Of a stretch of 35,138 nucleotides of DNA, positions 24,503 to 33,809 are shown piece by piece. The DNA comes from Zetaproteobacteria bacterium (GTDB lineage Bacteria > Pseudomonadota > Zetaproteobacteria > Mariprofundales > Mariprofundaceae): assembly GCA_021545625.1 (NCBI GenBank), contig JAJRVH010000222.1:1-35138 (forward strand), read 5' to 3'. Below the pieces are notes generated by a model. The model ran no database searches. It was not told the DNA's origin and worked only from the letters and a program-made list of their open reading frames with translations. The first letter of the stretch is position 1. Each line of letters starts with the position of its first letter. A program made the translations under genes and the position numbers.

Positions 24503-26056
24503 TTATCGACAGACCGGACTTTCATGGCGACGTTCGATCGACTGACGCAGACGCGCAATAACCGTAGTCAGCTCACCGGCCAGATGCCAACCATGTTCCT
24601 CGCCGGCCAGACCGTGCAGCGCCACGGCCGCGGCCACGGCCGTGGCATCCTGCCGTGCATGCGCTGCAACAAGCTGCGCCCCGATCATGCCGGCCAGCAC
24701 GTCACCGCAACCGGCGACGGCCATCTGTGGCGAACCGAATGGCGACAGGAATATCATGCCGTCCGGAGACCCGATCAGGGTTTCGTTGCCCTTGAGCACC
24801 ACCCGGCAGCGATAGCGGCGAATCAGATTCAGAAGCGCATGCTTGCGGTCGCGCTGAACCTCCTGCACCGACATCTGCAGCAGGCGCGCCGCCTCCCCCG
24901 GATGCGGCGTGATTACGCTTATGGCCGTCCGCTGCTCAAGCGCCTGCTGCAAAGCCTCGTCATCAGCGATCATATTCAGCGCATCGGCATCAAGCACCAG
25001 CGGACAATCCGTTGCCAGCAGGCGCTGCAATATATCCGCATGCTTCTTCCCCCACCCCGGCCCCGCCACAACAGCGCCAACGCGGGCATCTTCGCCGTCC
25101 CACGGCTCAGAACTTTGCGGATGCGTCATCACTTCCGGCATGTCGGCGGCCACCACCGGCCACGCCTCGTCGGGACAGACGATACTGACCAGTCCGGCCC
25201 CGGCCGCAAAGGCGCCGCGCGCAGCAAGGGCTGGCGCACCCGTAAAGCCGATCGAGCCACCGAACACCCATACATGACCGTAGTCGCCCTTATGCGATAT
25301 TCGCGGCCGGGGCGGCCAGGCCGCATCCAGGACATCCTCGTCAATCAGGGAAGCGCAGCGCAGTCCGTCGGGCTCGGCTTCATAGGCCTGCATCAATGTT
25401 TCAGTGCTGATGCCGATGGCGGCCGCTTCCAGCACCCGTCCCGAACAGTCGCGGCCATCGCCCAGCCAGTGCCCCCATTTACAGGCCGCGATCGGCAGGG
25501 TCCAGTCAGCGCGCACAGCCGTTCCGAGAACACATCCCGTATCTGCTTCCAGACCGCTGGCGATATCGATGCTCAGAACCGGCCGCTCCCAGCGATTGAG
25601 TCTGTCTACGGCAGCTGCGTAATGTCCTTCAAGGCATCTCGACAGGCCGGTGCCGAATATCGCGTCAACCGCCAGCACCGACCGGGCCAGCCAACGTTCC
25701 AGCTCGGCCAGCCCCTGCTGATCCGAAGCCTCCCGCAATTTGGCGCCAGCCGCCTTTGCCCGGCCGGCATGCTCCAGACATGCGCCACCCAGAGATGCCT
25801 CGGGAAACAGCATCACGACCGTCACCGGCACGCGTCGTTGCCTCAGATGCCAGGCGACCGCAAAACCGTCGCCGCCGTTATTGCCGGGGCCGGCGATAAT
25901 CAGCACGCGTCCGGAATCAGGCATCAGCGTCAGTACGCTGCTCGCAACAGCGCGACCGGCCCGGTCCATAAGCTCGAAATTACCGGAGCCCGCCGCCATC
26001 GTCTGCCGGTCAGCCCAGCTCATCTGGGCCGCCGTCACAATACAGCTCCCCGCCAT
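24503..26056 (-). CDS. nnr: Bifunctional NAD(P)H-hydrate repair enzyme (epimerase/ADP-dependent dehydratase, YjeF family)
   Basis: 517 aa. The N-terminal YjeF_N domain has GPGNNGGDG. The C-terminal carbohydrate-kinase-like domain has GPGWG, HPGE and GCGDVLAG. Confidence 0.9.
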   Translation of the reverse strand: MAGSCIVTAAQMSWADRQTMAAGSGNFELMDRAGRAVASSVLTLMPDSGRVLIIAGPGNNGGDGFAVAWHLRQRRVPVTVVMLFPEASLGGACLEHAGRAKAAGAKLREASDQQGLAELERWLARSVLAVDAIFGTGLSRCLEGHYAAAVDRLNRWERPVLSIDIASGLEADTGCVLGTAVRADWTLPIAACKWGHWLGDGRDCSGRVLEAAAIGISTETLMQAYEAEPDGLRCASLIDEDVLDAAWPPRPRISHKGDYGHVWVFGGSIGFTGAPALAARGAFAAGAGLVSIVCPDEAWPVVAADMPEVMTHPQSSEPWDGEDARVGAVVAGPGWGKKHADILQRLLATDCPLVLDADALNMIADDEALQQALEQRTAISVITPHPGEAARLLQMSVQEVQRDRKHALLNLIRRYRCRVVLKGNETLIGSPDGMIFLSPFGSPQMAVAGCGDVLAGMIGAQLVAAHARQDATAVAAAVALHGLAGEEHGWHLAGELTTVIARLRQSIERRHESPVCR

Positions 26057-26068
26057 ATCTCCCCTCCT

Positions 26069-26434
26069 TCAGTTCCGCCCTGCCACTGCCTTCCGCATTC
26101 GCAAGGCCACAACGACCATAGCACCGAGCGCGTCGGCCAGCCAGTCCCACAGACTCGCATCGCGGCCGGCCACGAACGACTGATGCCATTCGTCGCTGGC
26201 TCCGAACAACAGGCAGAACAATAACACCATCCATGCCCGCTGCGCCGGCTCGCCAGCCAGTGATTGCCAGCATAGCCATGCCATCGTCGCATAGGCAAGC
26301 AGGTGAACGACCTTGTCCTGTCCGGTCATCGGCAACGAAACCAGCAGGCGTGGCTGATCGGACAGCCAGAAGATCAGAGCGCAATAGGCCAAGAGCCACA
26401 GCCGCCAGAACGAACGGGGAAAATGCTTCAGCAT
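26069..26434 (-). CDS. VanZ-family membrane protein
   Basis: Start at ATG 26434 (MLKHFPRSFW...), a 7-nt overlap with the upstream gene end. Motifs are DKVVHLLAY and SDEWHQSFVAGRDASLWDWLADALG. The track ORF extends to 26512. Confidence 0.8.
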   Translation of the reverse strand: MLKHFPRSFWRLWLLAYCALIFWLSDQPRLLVSLPMTGQDKVVHLLAYATMAWLCWQSLAGEPAQRAWMVLLFCLLFGASDEWHQSFVAGRDASLWDWLADALGAMVVVALRMRKAVAGRN

Positions 26435-27306
26435 CCGTCGGCCGCCAGCCGGAAACCGATCAGGATATGCCTCAGGTTCATAAGGCGCCCATGACGCGCC
26501 GCCGGACGGCATACGCCTCCGTGATCATCCCAGCTGCCTCCCTTGACGGTGATCCCGTTTCCGTTCCACGGCGTCGATGTCCATTCGAACACCTGCCCCG
26601 CTCCGTCCAGTACGCCATAGGGACTGGCGCCGTCGGGAAAGGAACCGACCGGCATCGTGGCAAAAGGCCCCCGGTCGGCATTGTTCAGCCTGTCCGGCCT
26701 GTAGCGATCGCCCCACGGGAACAGTCGCCCGTCCGTGCCCCGCATGGCCTTTTCCCATTCCGCCTCGCTCGGCAACCGGTAATGCTTCCCGTCCTTCTCC
26801 GACAGCCATGCGGCATAATCCAGCGCATCCTGATAACTCACCAGCACCACCGGGTGCTCTTCCCTGCCTTCTGGCGGCGTATCGCCATGCCACAGATAGG
26901 GCTTCACCCGCTCATACGGATGCGCCAGCCTGTAGGATGCCCACGTCTGCTCATCAACGAACGGGACCCGATGGCCGGTTGTCCGGACAAACGCGGCATA
27001 TTCGCGCTGCGTCACCGGCGTTTTCCGGATACAGAAAAAAGGAAGCGCGACCGTCTTCCGTGGCAACTCGAGATCGAACCAATGCGCCCGGCGCACGCCA
27101 TCATGGCCATAACCGGCCCTGGATATGGCGTAGCCTTGCTCGATCTGCACCGTGGTCGAACCCATCAGGAAATCGCCTTCGGGAACCTCCACCCACGCAT
27201 TGGCGACAGCCATCGCTGGCAAACCCAGCAGCAAGCAAAACAGAAAAAAAGCCACGACAGCAAACTCATCGCCAGCGCGAAACCTGCTGTCACGGGAAGG
27301 CTCCAA
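26428..27306 (-). CDS. Secreted formylglycine-generating-enzyme (FGE/SUMF1)-fold protein
   Basis: 292 aa with a TTG start. Signal-like N-terminus FAVVAFFLFCLLLGLPAMAVANA. The FGE-sulfatase signatures are V.LPFFCIRKTPVTQREY, YRLPSEAEWEKA and KGGSW. Confidence 0.8.
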   Translation of the reverse strand: MEPSRDSRFRAGDEFAVVAFFLFCLLLGLPAMAVANAWVEVPEGDFLMGSTTVQIEQGYAISRAGYGHDGVRRAHWFDLELPRKTVALPFFCIRKTPVTQREYAAFVRTTGHRVPFVDEQTWASYRLAHPYERVKPYLWHGDTPPEGREEHPVVLVSYQDALDYAAWLSEKDGKHYRLPSEAEWEKAMRGTDGRLFPWGDRYRPDRLNNADRGPFATMPVGSFPDGASPYGVLDGAGQVFEWTSTPWNGNGITVKGGSWDDHGGVCRPAARHGRLMNLRHILIGFRLAADGC

Positions 27307-27321
27307 GCCAGTCGCCGGAGA

Positions 27322-27702
27322 TCAGGCTTCGGCCACGGCAAAGGCCATCGCCACGCCATCATCGTCGGACAGCGATACATGCACGGCTGCGATACCGAGC
27401 TGTTTCGCTCTCTCTCTGGCGCCACCATGCAGGCGGATCTCCGGCTTGCCGGACGGCTGGTGGATGGTTTCAATATGATGCGGAGCCACGCCCTGATGGA
27501 AACCGGACCCCAGCGCCTTGGCCACGGCTTCCTTGGCTGCAAACAGCATCGCAAACCGGCGCGCCGGATTGCCCCTGGCCCGCGCCTGTTCCGCTTCAGA
27601 CTCGGTATAAACGCGCCGCACGAAACGGTCGCCGAATCGATCCAGACTGGCTGCCACGCGGGCGATCAGGATGCGGTCCACGCCAATGCCGACAATCGCC
27701 AT
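27322..27702 (-). CDS. acpS: Holo-[acyl-carrier-protein] synthase
   Basis: 126 aa. [16 protein letters not shown]... and SLSDD motifs. ATGA overlap with the pdxJ stop. Confidence 0.9.
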   Translation of the reverse strand: MAIVGIGVDRILIARVAASLDRFGDRFVRRVYTESEAEQARARGNPARRFAMLFAAKEAVAKALGSGFHQGVAPHHIETIHQPSGKPEIRLHGGARERAKQLGIAAVHVSLSDDDGVAMAFAVAEA

Positions 27703-28421
27703 CAGCGGGCCATGACCGCCTTGAAATCGGACACCGCCTGTTTCAGCCCCTTGAACACGGCATCGGCAATGATCGCATGCCCGATATTCAGCCCATCGAT
27801 CTCTTCGATGGCCACCATGGCCGGCGTATTGTCCAGCGTCAGTCCGTGCCCCGCGTGCACGACCAGCCCCAGTTCCGCCGCCAGTTCCGCCGCCTTCCTG
27901 ATCGCCAGCAATTCTCTCTCCCTTTCCGCCCCTTCCATATTGGCGAAATGGCCGGTATGCAGTTCAATAACCGGCGCGCCGATCCCGGCCGAGGCGCGCA
28001 CCTGCGACTCATCCGGATCGATAAACATCGACACCCGGCAACCGGCCGAAGCCAGCCTGTCGACGACGCTGGCCATCCTTGCCTGGTGACCGGCCACGTC
28101 CAGACCGCCTTCGGTGGTCAGTTCCTCGCGTTTTTCCGGCACCAGACAACAGGCCTGAGGCCTCAGCCGGGTCGCAATCGACACCATTTCATCGGTGGCC
28201 GCCATCTCCATGTTCAGATGCAGCTCCCCCTGTCGCGCCATCGCAGCTAGGATCTCCATGTCCGCATCCTGAATATGACGCCGGTCCTCGCGCAGATGCG
28301 CGGTAATGCCGTCTGCGCCCGCCTCGATACACAGGCGCGCGGCCGCGATCGGGTCGGGATACGTGGTCAGCCTTGCCTGACGCAAGGTCGCGATATGATC
28401 GATATTGACACCCAGATGCAT
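27702..28421 (-). CDS. pdxJ: Pyridoxine 5'-phosphate synthase
   Basis: 239 aa. [24 protein letters not shown] and ELHTG motifs. Confidence 0.95.
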   Translation of the reverse strand: MHLGVNIDHIATLRQARLTTYPDPIAAARLCIEAGADGITAHLREDRRHIQDADMEILAAMARQGELHLNMEMAATDEMVSIATRLRPQACCLVPEKREELTTEGGLDVAGHQARMASVVDRLASAGCRVSMFIDPDESQVRASAGIGAPVIELHTGHFANMEGAERERELLAIRKAAELAAELGLVVHAGHGLTLDNTPAMVAIEEIDGLNIGHAIIADAVFKGLKQAVSDFKAVMAR

Positions 28422-28424
28422 GCT

Positions 28425-29120
28425 TTACCCCTGATATTCCGGCGAACCGGACTGGCCGTGAAATCTGACGCCATGCTCCCGCAACACAAGCCCGATCATC
28501 TGACGCCAGTCGGCCGCATCGCGCCCGGACAGGCGCACATTCGCCTGACGCATGGCGCCCTCGATGCCGCGCCTGAGACCGGGCGCAATGATCGTACCGC
28601 CACCGCAGCCGGCGCAGCACAGCTGCCCCTGCCGCCAGAACATGTCGACGCCCGCATCGGCAGGCTCGCCGCACATCCAGCAATGACCCAGATCTCCGAT
28701 CCAGCCCGCCATGTGCAGCAGATGCCAGCAGGCCGCGTTCAGCCCCTCCCGCTCGGCACGATCGGCCAGCAGACGCAGCGACTGCTGGGTCTGTTCGTAT
28801 CCTTCCGGATCCCCTTCCTGATACAGGCGCGACACCAGCGCCAGCAGCTCCAGCCCGGCCAGCGATTTCTCCTCGGACAGCAACCGTTCATGCCGCTGCA
28901 CATCGACCAGCACGCCCATGCCGCTGCGTCCGCTCTTCCAGTGCAGATGCAGGCGATGCAGTGGAGCCAGACTGGCCCGGAACGGACTCCTGGCACGCCG
29001 CGCGCCGCGCGCCATCAGCGTGATCCGTCCGTGATGTTCACTCAGAAAATGGCAGATCAGCGAGGTATCGCCATAGGGAATGCGCCTGAGAAGCAATGCG
29101 GCATCGGAACAATCGGCCAT
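28425..29120 (-). CDS. recO: DNA repair protein RecO
   Basis: 231 aa. The N-terminal OB-fold has LLRRIPYGDTSLI...HG. The C-terminal zinc-like cluster is C..C.....CC.GC. It occupies the conserved position between era and pdxJ. Confidence 0.85.
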   Translation of the reverse strand: MADCSDAALLLRRIPYGDTSLICHFLSEHHGRITLMARGARRARSPFRASLAPLHRLHLHWKSGRSGMGVLVDVQRHERLLSEEKSLAGLELLALVSRLYQEGDPEGYEQTQQSLRLLADRAEREGLNAACWHLLHMAGWIGDLGHCWMCGEPADAGVDMFWRQGQLCCAGCGGGTIIAPGLRRGIEGAMRQANVRLSGRDAADWRQMIGLVLREHGVRFHGQSGSPEYQG

Positions 29121-29130
29121 GCGGCAGCGA

Positions 29131-30060
29131 TCAGCCGGCCGTTCCCAGGCCCAGATCGTTCAGCTTGCCCGGATGATCGAACCAGTCCGGATCAACCTTG
29201 ATCCACAGATTCAGACGCACATGTACGCCGAGGATCTCCTCCAGCCCCTGACGGGCGCGCGTACCGACCACTTTCAGACGTTCGCCGGCCTTGCCGATCA
29301 GCATCGGCTTGTGCCGCTCACTGCCCACCAGGATCACCGCATCGATTTCCACGCCGTGCCCGGTTTCCTCGAAACGCTCGATATCCACGGCCGTCTGGAA
29401 CGGGATCTCCTGATGCATGGAAAGGAACACCTGCTCGCGCACATACTCGGCAGCCAGCTGACGCTGGCTCTGATCGGTAAACCATTCCGGATCATAGAGC
29501 GGTCCCTGCTCAGGCAGGTGACGGGTGATCTCCCTGAGCAGGGCATCGACCTGCATGCCCCTGCGCGCCGAAACCGGCACATAGGCCGCGGCATCCGGAT
29601 CAAGCTGCTGCACCTGCATCAGCCGGGGTAACAACCTGTCCTTGTTGATCCTGTCGACCTTGTTCAGCACATGGATGCGCGGCTGAGGCAGGCGGCCGTC
29701 GGCAAAGCGCTCGATCAGCGTACGCGTGCCCGCATCCAGAGGCCTGGTCACGTCCTGCATGATCAGCAGCACATCGGCCTCCTCGGCCGCCGCATAGGCC
29801 ACGCGCACCATGTTGCGATTCAGCTGCCTGGCACCCTTGTGAATACCGGGCGTATCGACAAACACGATCTGCCGCGCTTCGTCGGTATGAATACCGAGGA
29901 TACGGTGCCGCGTGGTCTGCGGCTTGGGGGTGACAATGGCCACCTTGGCGCCGATGATATGATTCATCAATGTCGATTTACCGACGTTCGGCCGTCCCAG
30001 CAGCGCTACCGTGCCGGCATGGAATGGTTGCTTCCGGCTCACCTGTTCAGTTTCTCCCAT
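29131..30060 (-). CDS. era: GTPase Era
   Basis: Start at ATG 30060 (MGETEQ...). G1 is GRPNVGKST, G3 is DTPG, G4 is NKVD, followed by a C-terminal KH domain. 22-nt overlap with rnc. The track ORF is over-extended to 30207. Confidence 0.93.
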   Translation of the reverse strand: MGETEQVSRKQPFHAGTVALLGRPNVGKSTLMNHIIGAKVAIVTPKPQTTRHRILGIHTDEARQIVFVDTPGIHKGARQLNRNMVRVAYAAAEEADVLLIMQDVTRPLDAGTRTLIERFADGRLPQPRIHVLNKVDRINKDRLLPRLMQVQQLDPDAAAYVPVSARRGMQVDALLREITRHLPEQGPLYDPEWFTDQSQRQLAAEYVREQVFLSMHQEIPFQTAVDIERFEETGHGVEIDAVILVGSERHKPMLIGKAGERLKVVGTRARQGLEEILGVHVRLNLWIKVDPDWFDHPGKLNDLGLGTAG

Positions 30061-30713
30061 GCCTGTTCGGCGGCGGCCGCCTCGGCGGCCTTCTTGCGAT
30101 CTCCCCGGCCGATACCGATCTGCCTGCCCTGCACACTGCACAAAGCCTGAAAGCGGGGTGAGTGGCCAGCGCCCAGATCCGTGACCTGATAGGCCGGCAA
30201 CCCCCATCCCCGTCCCTGGGTCAGTTCCTGCAGCCGCGTCTTGGCGTCACGCTGATCGGCCTTGCCGGCCCGGGCAAGCATCGGTTGCCAAGCCTTCAGC
30301 ACCACCCTTCTGGCCGCCTCCCAGCCTCCGTCGCTGAATATCGCGCCGATCACGGCCTCGACCGCATTGGCGAGTATCGACGGGGACTTGATGCCGCCTG
30401 CATCGCGCTCGCCCTCACCCACCTCGATCGCAGCGCCCAGCTGCCAGGTATCGGCAACGCTCAGCAACCCCTCGCGACACACCAGCGAGGCACGCATGCG
30501 CGACAGGCTTCCCTCGTCGGCCTCGCTGAAGTGATCATGCAGATATTCGGCCACGCTCAACCCCAGAACCGCATCGCCGAGAAACTCCAAACGCTCCATG
30601 TGGCGCGCCGAAACCGAGCGATGGGTCAGTGCCCGCTCCAGCAGCCGCGGATCGGAAAACCGGTAGTCCAGGCGCTTTTGCAATGCCTGTCGGGCGTTTG
30701 TGGCCACGGTCAT
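30039..30713 (-). CDS. rnc: Ribonuclease III
   Basis: 224 aa. Signature ERLEFLGDAVLG and a C-terminal dsRBD (KTRLQELTQ...AAEQAW). Confidence 0.95.
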   Translation of the reverse strand: MTVATNARQALQKRLDYRFSDPRLLERALTHRSVSARHMERLEFLGDAVLGLSVAEYLHDHFSEADEGSLSRMRASLVCREGLLSVADTWQLGAAIEVGEGERDAGGIKSPSILANAVEAVIGAIFSDGGWEAARRVVLKAWQPMLARAGKADQRDAKTRLQELTQGRGWGLPAYQVTDLGAGHSPRFQALCSVQGRQIGIGRGDRKKAAEAAAAEQAWEKLNR

Positions 30714-30722
30714 GCGATGCGA

Positions 30723-31193
30723 TCAGGGCGTTCGGGCATAAGGCTCGAAATCGAAATCCAGACGCAGCCTGTCGCGGAGCTTGTCCATGCCCTTCAGCTC
30801 GGAAGGGTCATAGTCCGAATCCGGGTCCACGCCCTCAACCGGCCCGAGCGGCCAGATGGTGACATGGTAATAGGACGATATCTCGACTATGCCGCCATCG
30901 GCCTTGATCGTGATGTTATCGTAGAATTCCTCGGGAAGATCGTCGTGATAGATATACTTGATCTTGAACAGCTCCGGCAAACGCCTGCGCACCTGACTTT
31001 CCGTTGCATCGGCCATGTTTCGGCTGATCGCATCAAATGCATCCTGCACCTTCCAGTTGGCATTATAGACCGGCATCAGCAACCAGCCATACCAGATAAT
31101 GCCGGACAACGCGGCCAACCAGAACATCAGCTTGATCATCGAGAAGCCACGCTCGTCGTATCGATGCATAAGACCCTCTTCACTGTGCAACAT
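30723..31193 (-). CDS. DUF4845-type small membrane-anchored protein
   Basis: ATG 31193 has AGGAGG 7 nt upstream. There is one N-terminal TM segment (GFSMIKLMFWLAALSGIIWYGWLL). It has the characteristic position between lepB and rnc. The track ORF is over-extended to 31403. Confidence 0.7.
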   Translation of the reverse strand: MLHSEEGLMHRYDERGFSMIKLMFWLAALSGIIWYGWLLMPVYNANWKVQDAFDAISRNMADATESQVRRRLPELFKIKYIYHDDLPEEFYDNITIKADGGIVEISSYYHVTIWPLGPVEGVDPDSDYDPSELKGMDKLRDRLRLDFDFEPYARTP

Positions 31194-31219
31194 GCTCTTT
31201 CCTCCTGTTCGCCGGAGAA

Positions 31220-31885
31220 TCAGTGGATGATGTGGCCGAGCCTGTCCCAGCGCACCTCTCCCTTCGCATGATCCCACGACCACCAGACGATGGCGGCCCG
31301 GCCGACAAGATAGGATTGTGGCACAAATCCCCAGAAGCGTGAATCCCTGGAATTGTTGCGATTGTCTCCGAGCACCATGTAATGGCCGGCCGGCACGGTC
31401 CACTCGCCATCGCGAATCGAGAACTCCTTGCGCAGCACGTCGTGCTTCACGCCCATCAAATCCTCCTCAAACAGGCCGGATACGTCGACGCTGCCGTCGC
31501 CGAGAAAATAGGCGCGCCTGCCCTTCGCCGTCAGCGGCATCTTCTTGCCGTTGATATATAGCTCATTGTTGCGATAGACGATATGGTCGCCCGGCAGGCC
31601 GACGATGCGCTTGATGTAATCCTTGCTCTTGTCCTCAGGGTAGACGAACACGGCCACGTCGCCGCGATGCGCCTGCTTGGACAACAGCTGGATATCGGTC
31701 AGCGGAATCCTGAATCCGTACGGATAACGCAACACGAACAGGTAATCGCCGACCTCGAGCGTCGGCACCATGCTCGACGACGGAATCTTGAACGGCGCCA
31801 CCACAAAGCTGCGGATCACCACCGCCAGCAATGCGATCACGATCAGGCTTTCAAGCCACTCGCGCCAGACCGGTTTATTGCTCAT
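31220..31885 (-). CDS. lepB: Signal peptidase I
   Basis: 221 aa. Catalytic Ser box SSSMVPTL, the Lys box, and GDNRNNSRDSRFWG. Confidence 0.93.
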   Translation of the reverse strand: MSNKPVWREWLESLIVIALLAVVIRSFVVAPFKIPSSSMVPTLEVGDYLFVLRYPYGFRIPLTDIQLLSKQAHRGDVAVFVYPEDKSKDYIKRIVGLPGDHIVYRNNELYINGKKMPLTAKGRRAYFLGDGSVDVSGLFEEDLMGVKHDVLRKEFSIRDGEWTVPAGHYMVLGDNRNNSRDSRFWGFVPQSYLVGRAAIVWWSWDHAKGEVRWDRLGHIIH

Positions 31886-31888
31886 AGC

Positions 31889-33712
31889 CTACCCCTCGCC
31901 CAGCTTCAGCACCGCCAGAAACGCCTCCTGCGGCACCTCGACGCTGCCAATGGATTTCATGCGTTTCTTGCCCGCCTTCTGCTTCTCGAGAAGCTTGCGT
32001 TTGCGGGTGATATCGCCGCCATAGCACTTGGCTGTCACATTCTTGCGCACGGCCTTGACCGTTTCGCGGGCCAAGATACGTCCGCCGATCGCCGCCTGCA
32101 AGGGAACGTCGAACTGTTGCCTCGGAATCAGTTCGCGCAGCTTCTTGACCAGCTCGCGGCCGCGCGACTCGGCCACCGATCGGTGAACGATCAGACTCAG
32201 CGCGTCGACCGGCTCGCCGTGCACCAGCACGTCGAGCTTGACCACGTCGCTGGTCTGGAAATCGGCCAGGTCGTAATCCATCGAGGCGTAGCCGCGCGAC
32301 AGCGATTTCAGCCGGTCGTAGAAATCAATCACCATTTCGGCCAGCGGCAGACGATAGCTCAGCATGACCCGGCCCTGACCGATGAATTTCATATCCTGCT
32401 GCTCGCCACGACGCTCCTGACAAAGCTTCATCATCGTGCCGACAAATTCCTCAGGCACGAAGATGTTGGCGATCACGGTCGGTTCCTCGATATGATCGAT
32501 CGTGACCGGATCGGGAAACTCGCTCGGATTCGATGTCTCGAAACTACTGCCATCCGTCAAATGCATGCGATAAATCACGCTTGGAGCCGTGGTGATCAGA
32601 TCCAGGTCGTATTCGCGCTCCAGGCGTTCCTGCACAATCTCCATGTGCAGCATGCCGAGAAAACCGCAGCGAAAGCCCAGTCCCAGCGCCGACGAATTCT
32701 CCGGCTCGAAGGTGAAGGCCGGGTCGTTCAGGTTCAGTTTTTCCAGCGAATCGCGCAGGTCGGCATAATCGGCTGAATCGACCGGATACATGCCCGAAAA
32801 CACCATCGGTTTCGGCTCGCGGTAGCCGGGCAGCGGCTCGGCGGCCGGCCGGCGCTCCAGTGTCACCGTATCGCCGACCTTCAGATCGGCCAGCTGCTTG
32901 ATACCGGCAATCATGAATCCGACCGAACCGGAACGCAGCTCCGGCTGCGAAACCGGCTGAGGCATGAACTGGCCGACATCCTGAACCTCATAGGTCGCGG
33001 CGGTCGTCATCGACATCAGCCGGATGCGATCTCCCTTCTTCAGCACGCCGTCGAACACCCGCACCAGCGCCACCGCGCCGACATAGGGATCAAACCACGA
33101 ATCGACGATCAGCGCCCGCAATGCCCCGTCATCGTGGTTGTCGGGCGCCGGCACGCGCTGCGCAATCGCCTCCAGCACATCGTGAATGCCCTCGCCGGTC
33201 TTGGCTGACACCGCGATCGCGTCGGAGGCATCGAGACCGATCACTTCCTCGATCTGGCGCTTCGCCTCGTCGATATCGGCACTCGGAAGATCGATCTTGT
33301 TGATCACCGGAATGATCTCCAGATCGTTTTCCAGCGCCAGATAGACATTGGCCAGCGTCTGCGCCTCCACGCCCTGGGTCGCATCGACGATCAGCAGTGC
33401 GCCCTCGCAGGCCTGCAGGGAGCGCGACACCTCATAGGCGAAATCGACATGGCCGGGCGTATCGATCAGATTGAAGATATAATGATGTCCGTCGCTGGCA
33501 GGATAGTTCAGCGTCGCGGTCTGGGCCTTGATCGTGATGCCGCGCTCCTGCTCAAGGTCCATCGAATCGAGCACCTGCTTCTTCATCTCGCGTTCGGAAA
33601 GCGCGCCGGTTTCCTCGATCAGACGATCGGCCAGCGTCGACTTGCCATGATCGATATGGGCAATTATCGAAAAGTTGCGTACGTATTCCTGACTATGGGG
33701 TTTCTTGGACAT
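31889..33712 (-). CDS. lepA: Translation elongation factor 4 (LepA)
   Basis: Start at ATG 33712 ([27 protein letters not shown]). Motifs are DTPGH and NKID, with the LepA C-terminal domain. The track ORF extends to 33781. Confidence 0.95.
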   Translation of the reverse strand: MSKKPHSQEYVRNFSIIAHIDHGKSTLADRLIEETGALSEREMKKQVLDSMDLEQERGITIKAQTATLNYPASDGHHYIFNLIDTPGHVDFAYEVSRSLQACEGALLIVDATQGVEAQTLANVYLALENDLEIIPVINKIDLPSADIDEAKRQIEEVIGLDASDAIAVSAKTGEGIHDVLEAIAQRVPAPDNHDDGALRALIVDSWFDPYVGAVALVRVFDGVLKKGDRIRLMSMTTAATYEVQDVGQFMPQPVSQPELRSGSVGFMIAGIKQLADLKVGDTVTLERRPAAEPLPGYREPKPMVFSGMYPVDSADYADLRDSLEKLNLNDPAFTFEPENSSALGLGFRCGFLGMLHMEIVQERLEREYDLDLITTAPSVIYRMHLTDGSSFETSNPSEFPDPVTIDHIEEPTVIANIFVPEEFVGTMMKLCQERRGEQQDMKFIGQGRVMLSYRLPLAEMVIDFYDRLKSLSRGYASMDYDLADFQTSDVVKLDVLVHGEPVDALSLIVHRSVAESRGRELVKKLRELIPRQQFDVPLQAAIGGRILARETVKAVRKNVTAKCYGGDITRKRKLLEKQKAGKKRMKSIGSVEVPQEAFLAVLKLGEG

Positions 33713-33809
33713 CGGCGCGGCAGTGTAGCCGTCCGGCGTGACCGAGGCTACCGCCGGATTGCGCGAAAGCGAATGCGGCATCCGGCGATTGCCGCGCTAT
33801 ACTGCGCCC

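Noticed and set aside
24524-28250. Long plus-strand ORFs 24524..26224 (566 aa), 26233..28089 (618 aa) and 26577..28250 (557 aa)
   Set aside because: All are antisense to nnr, VanZ, the FGE-fold gene, acpS and pdxJ, which carry recognisable family motifs. The plus-strand translations are Arg/Pro/His-rich with no domains. Two of them overlap each other in different frames.
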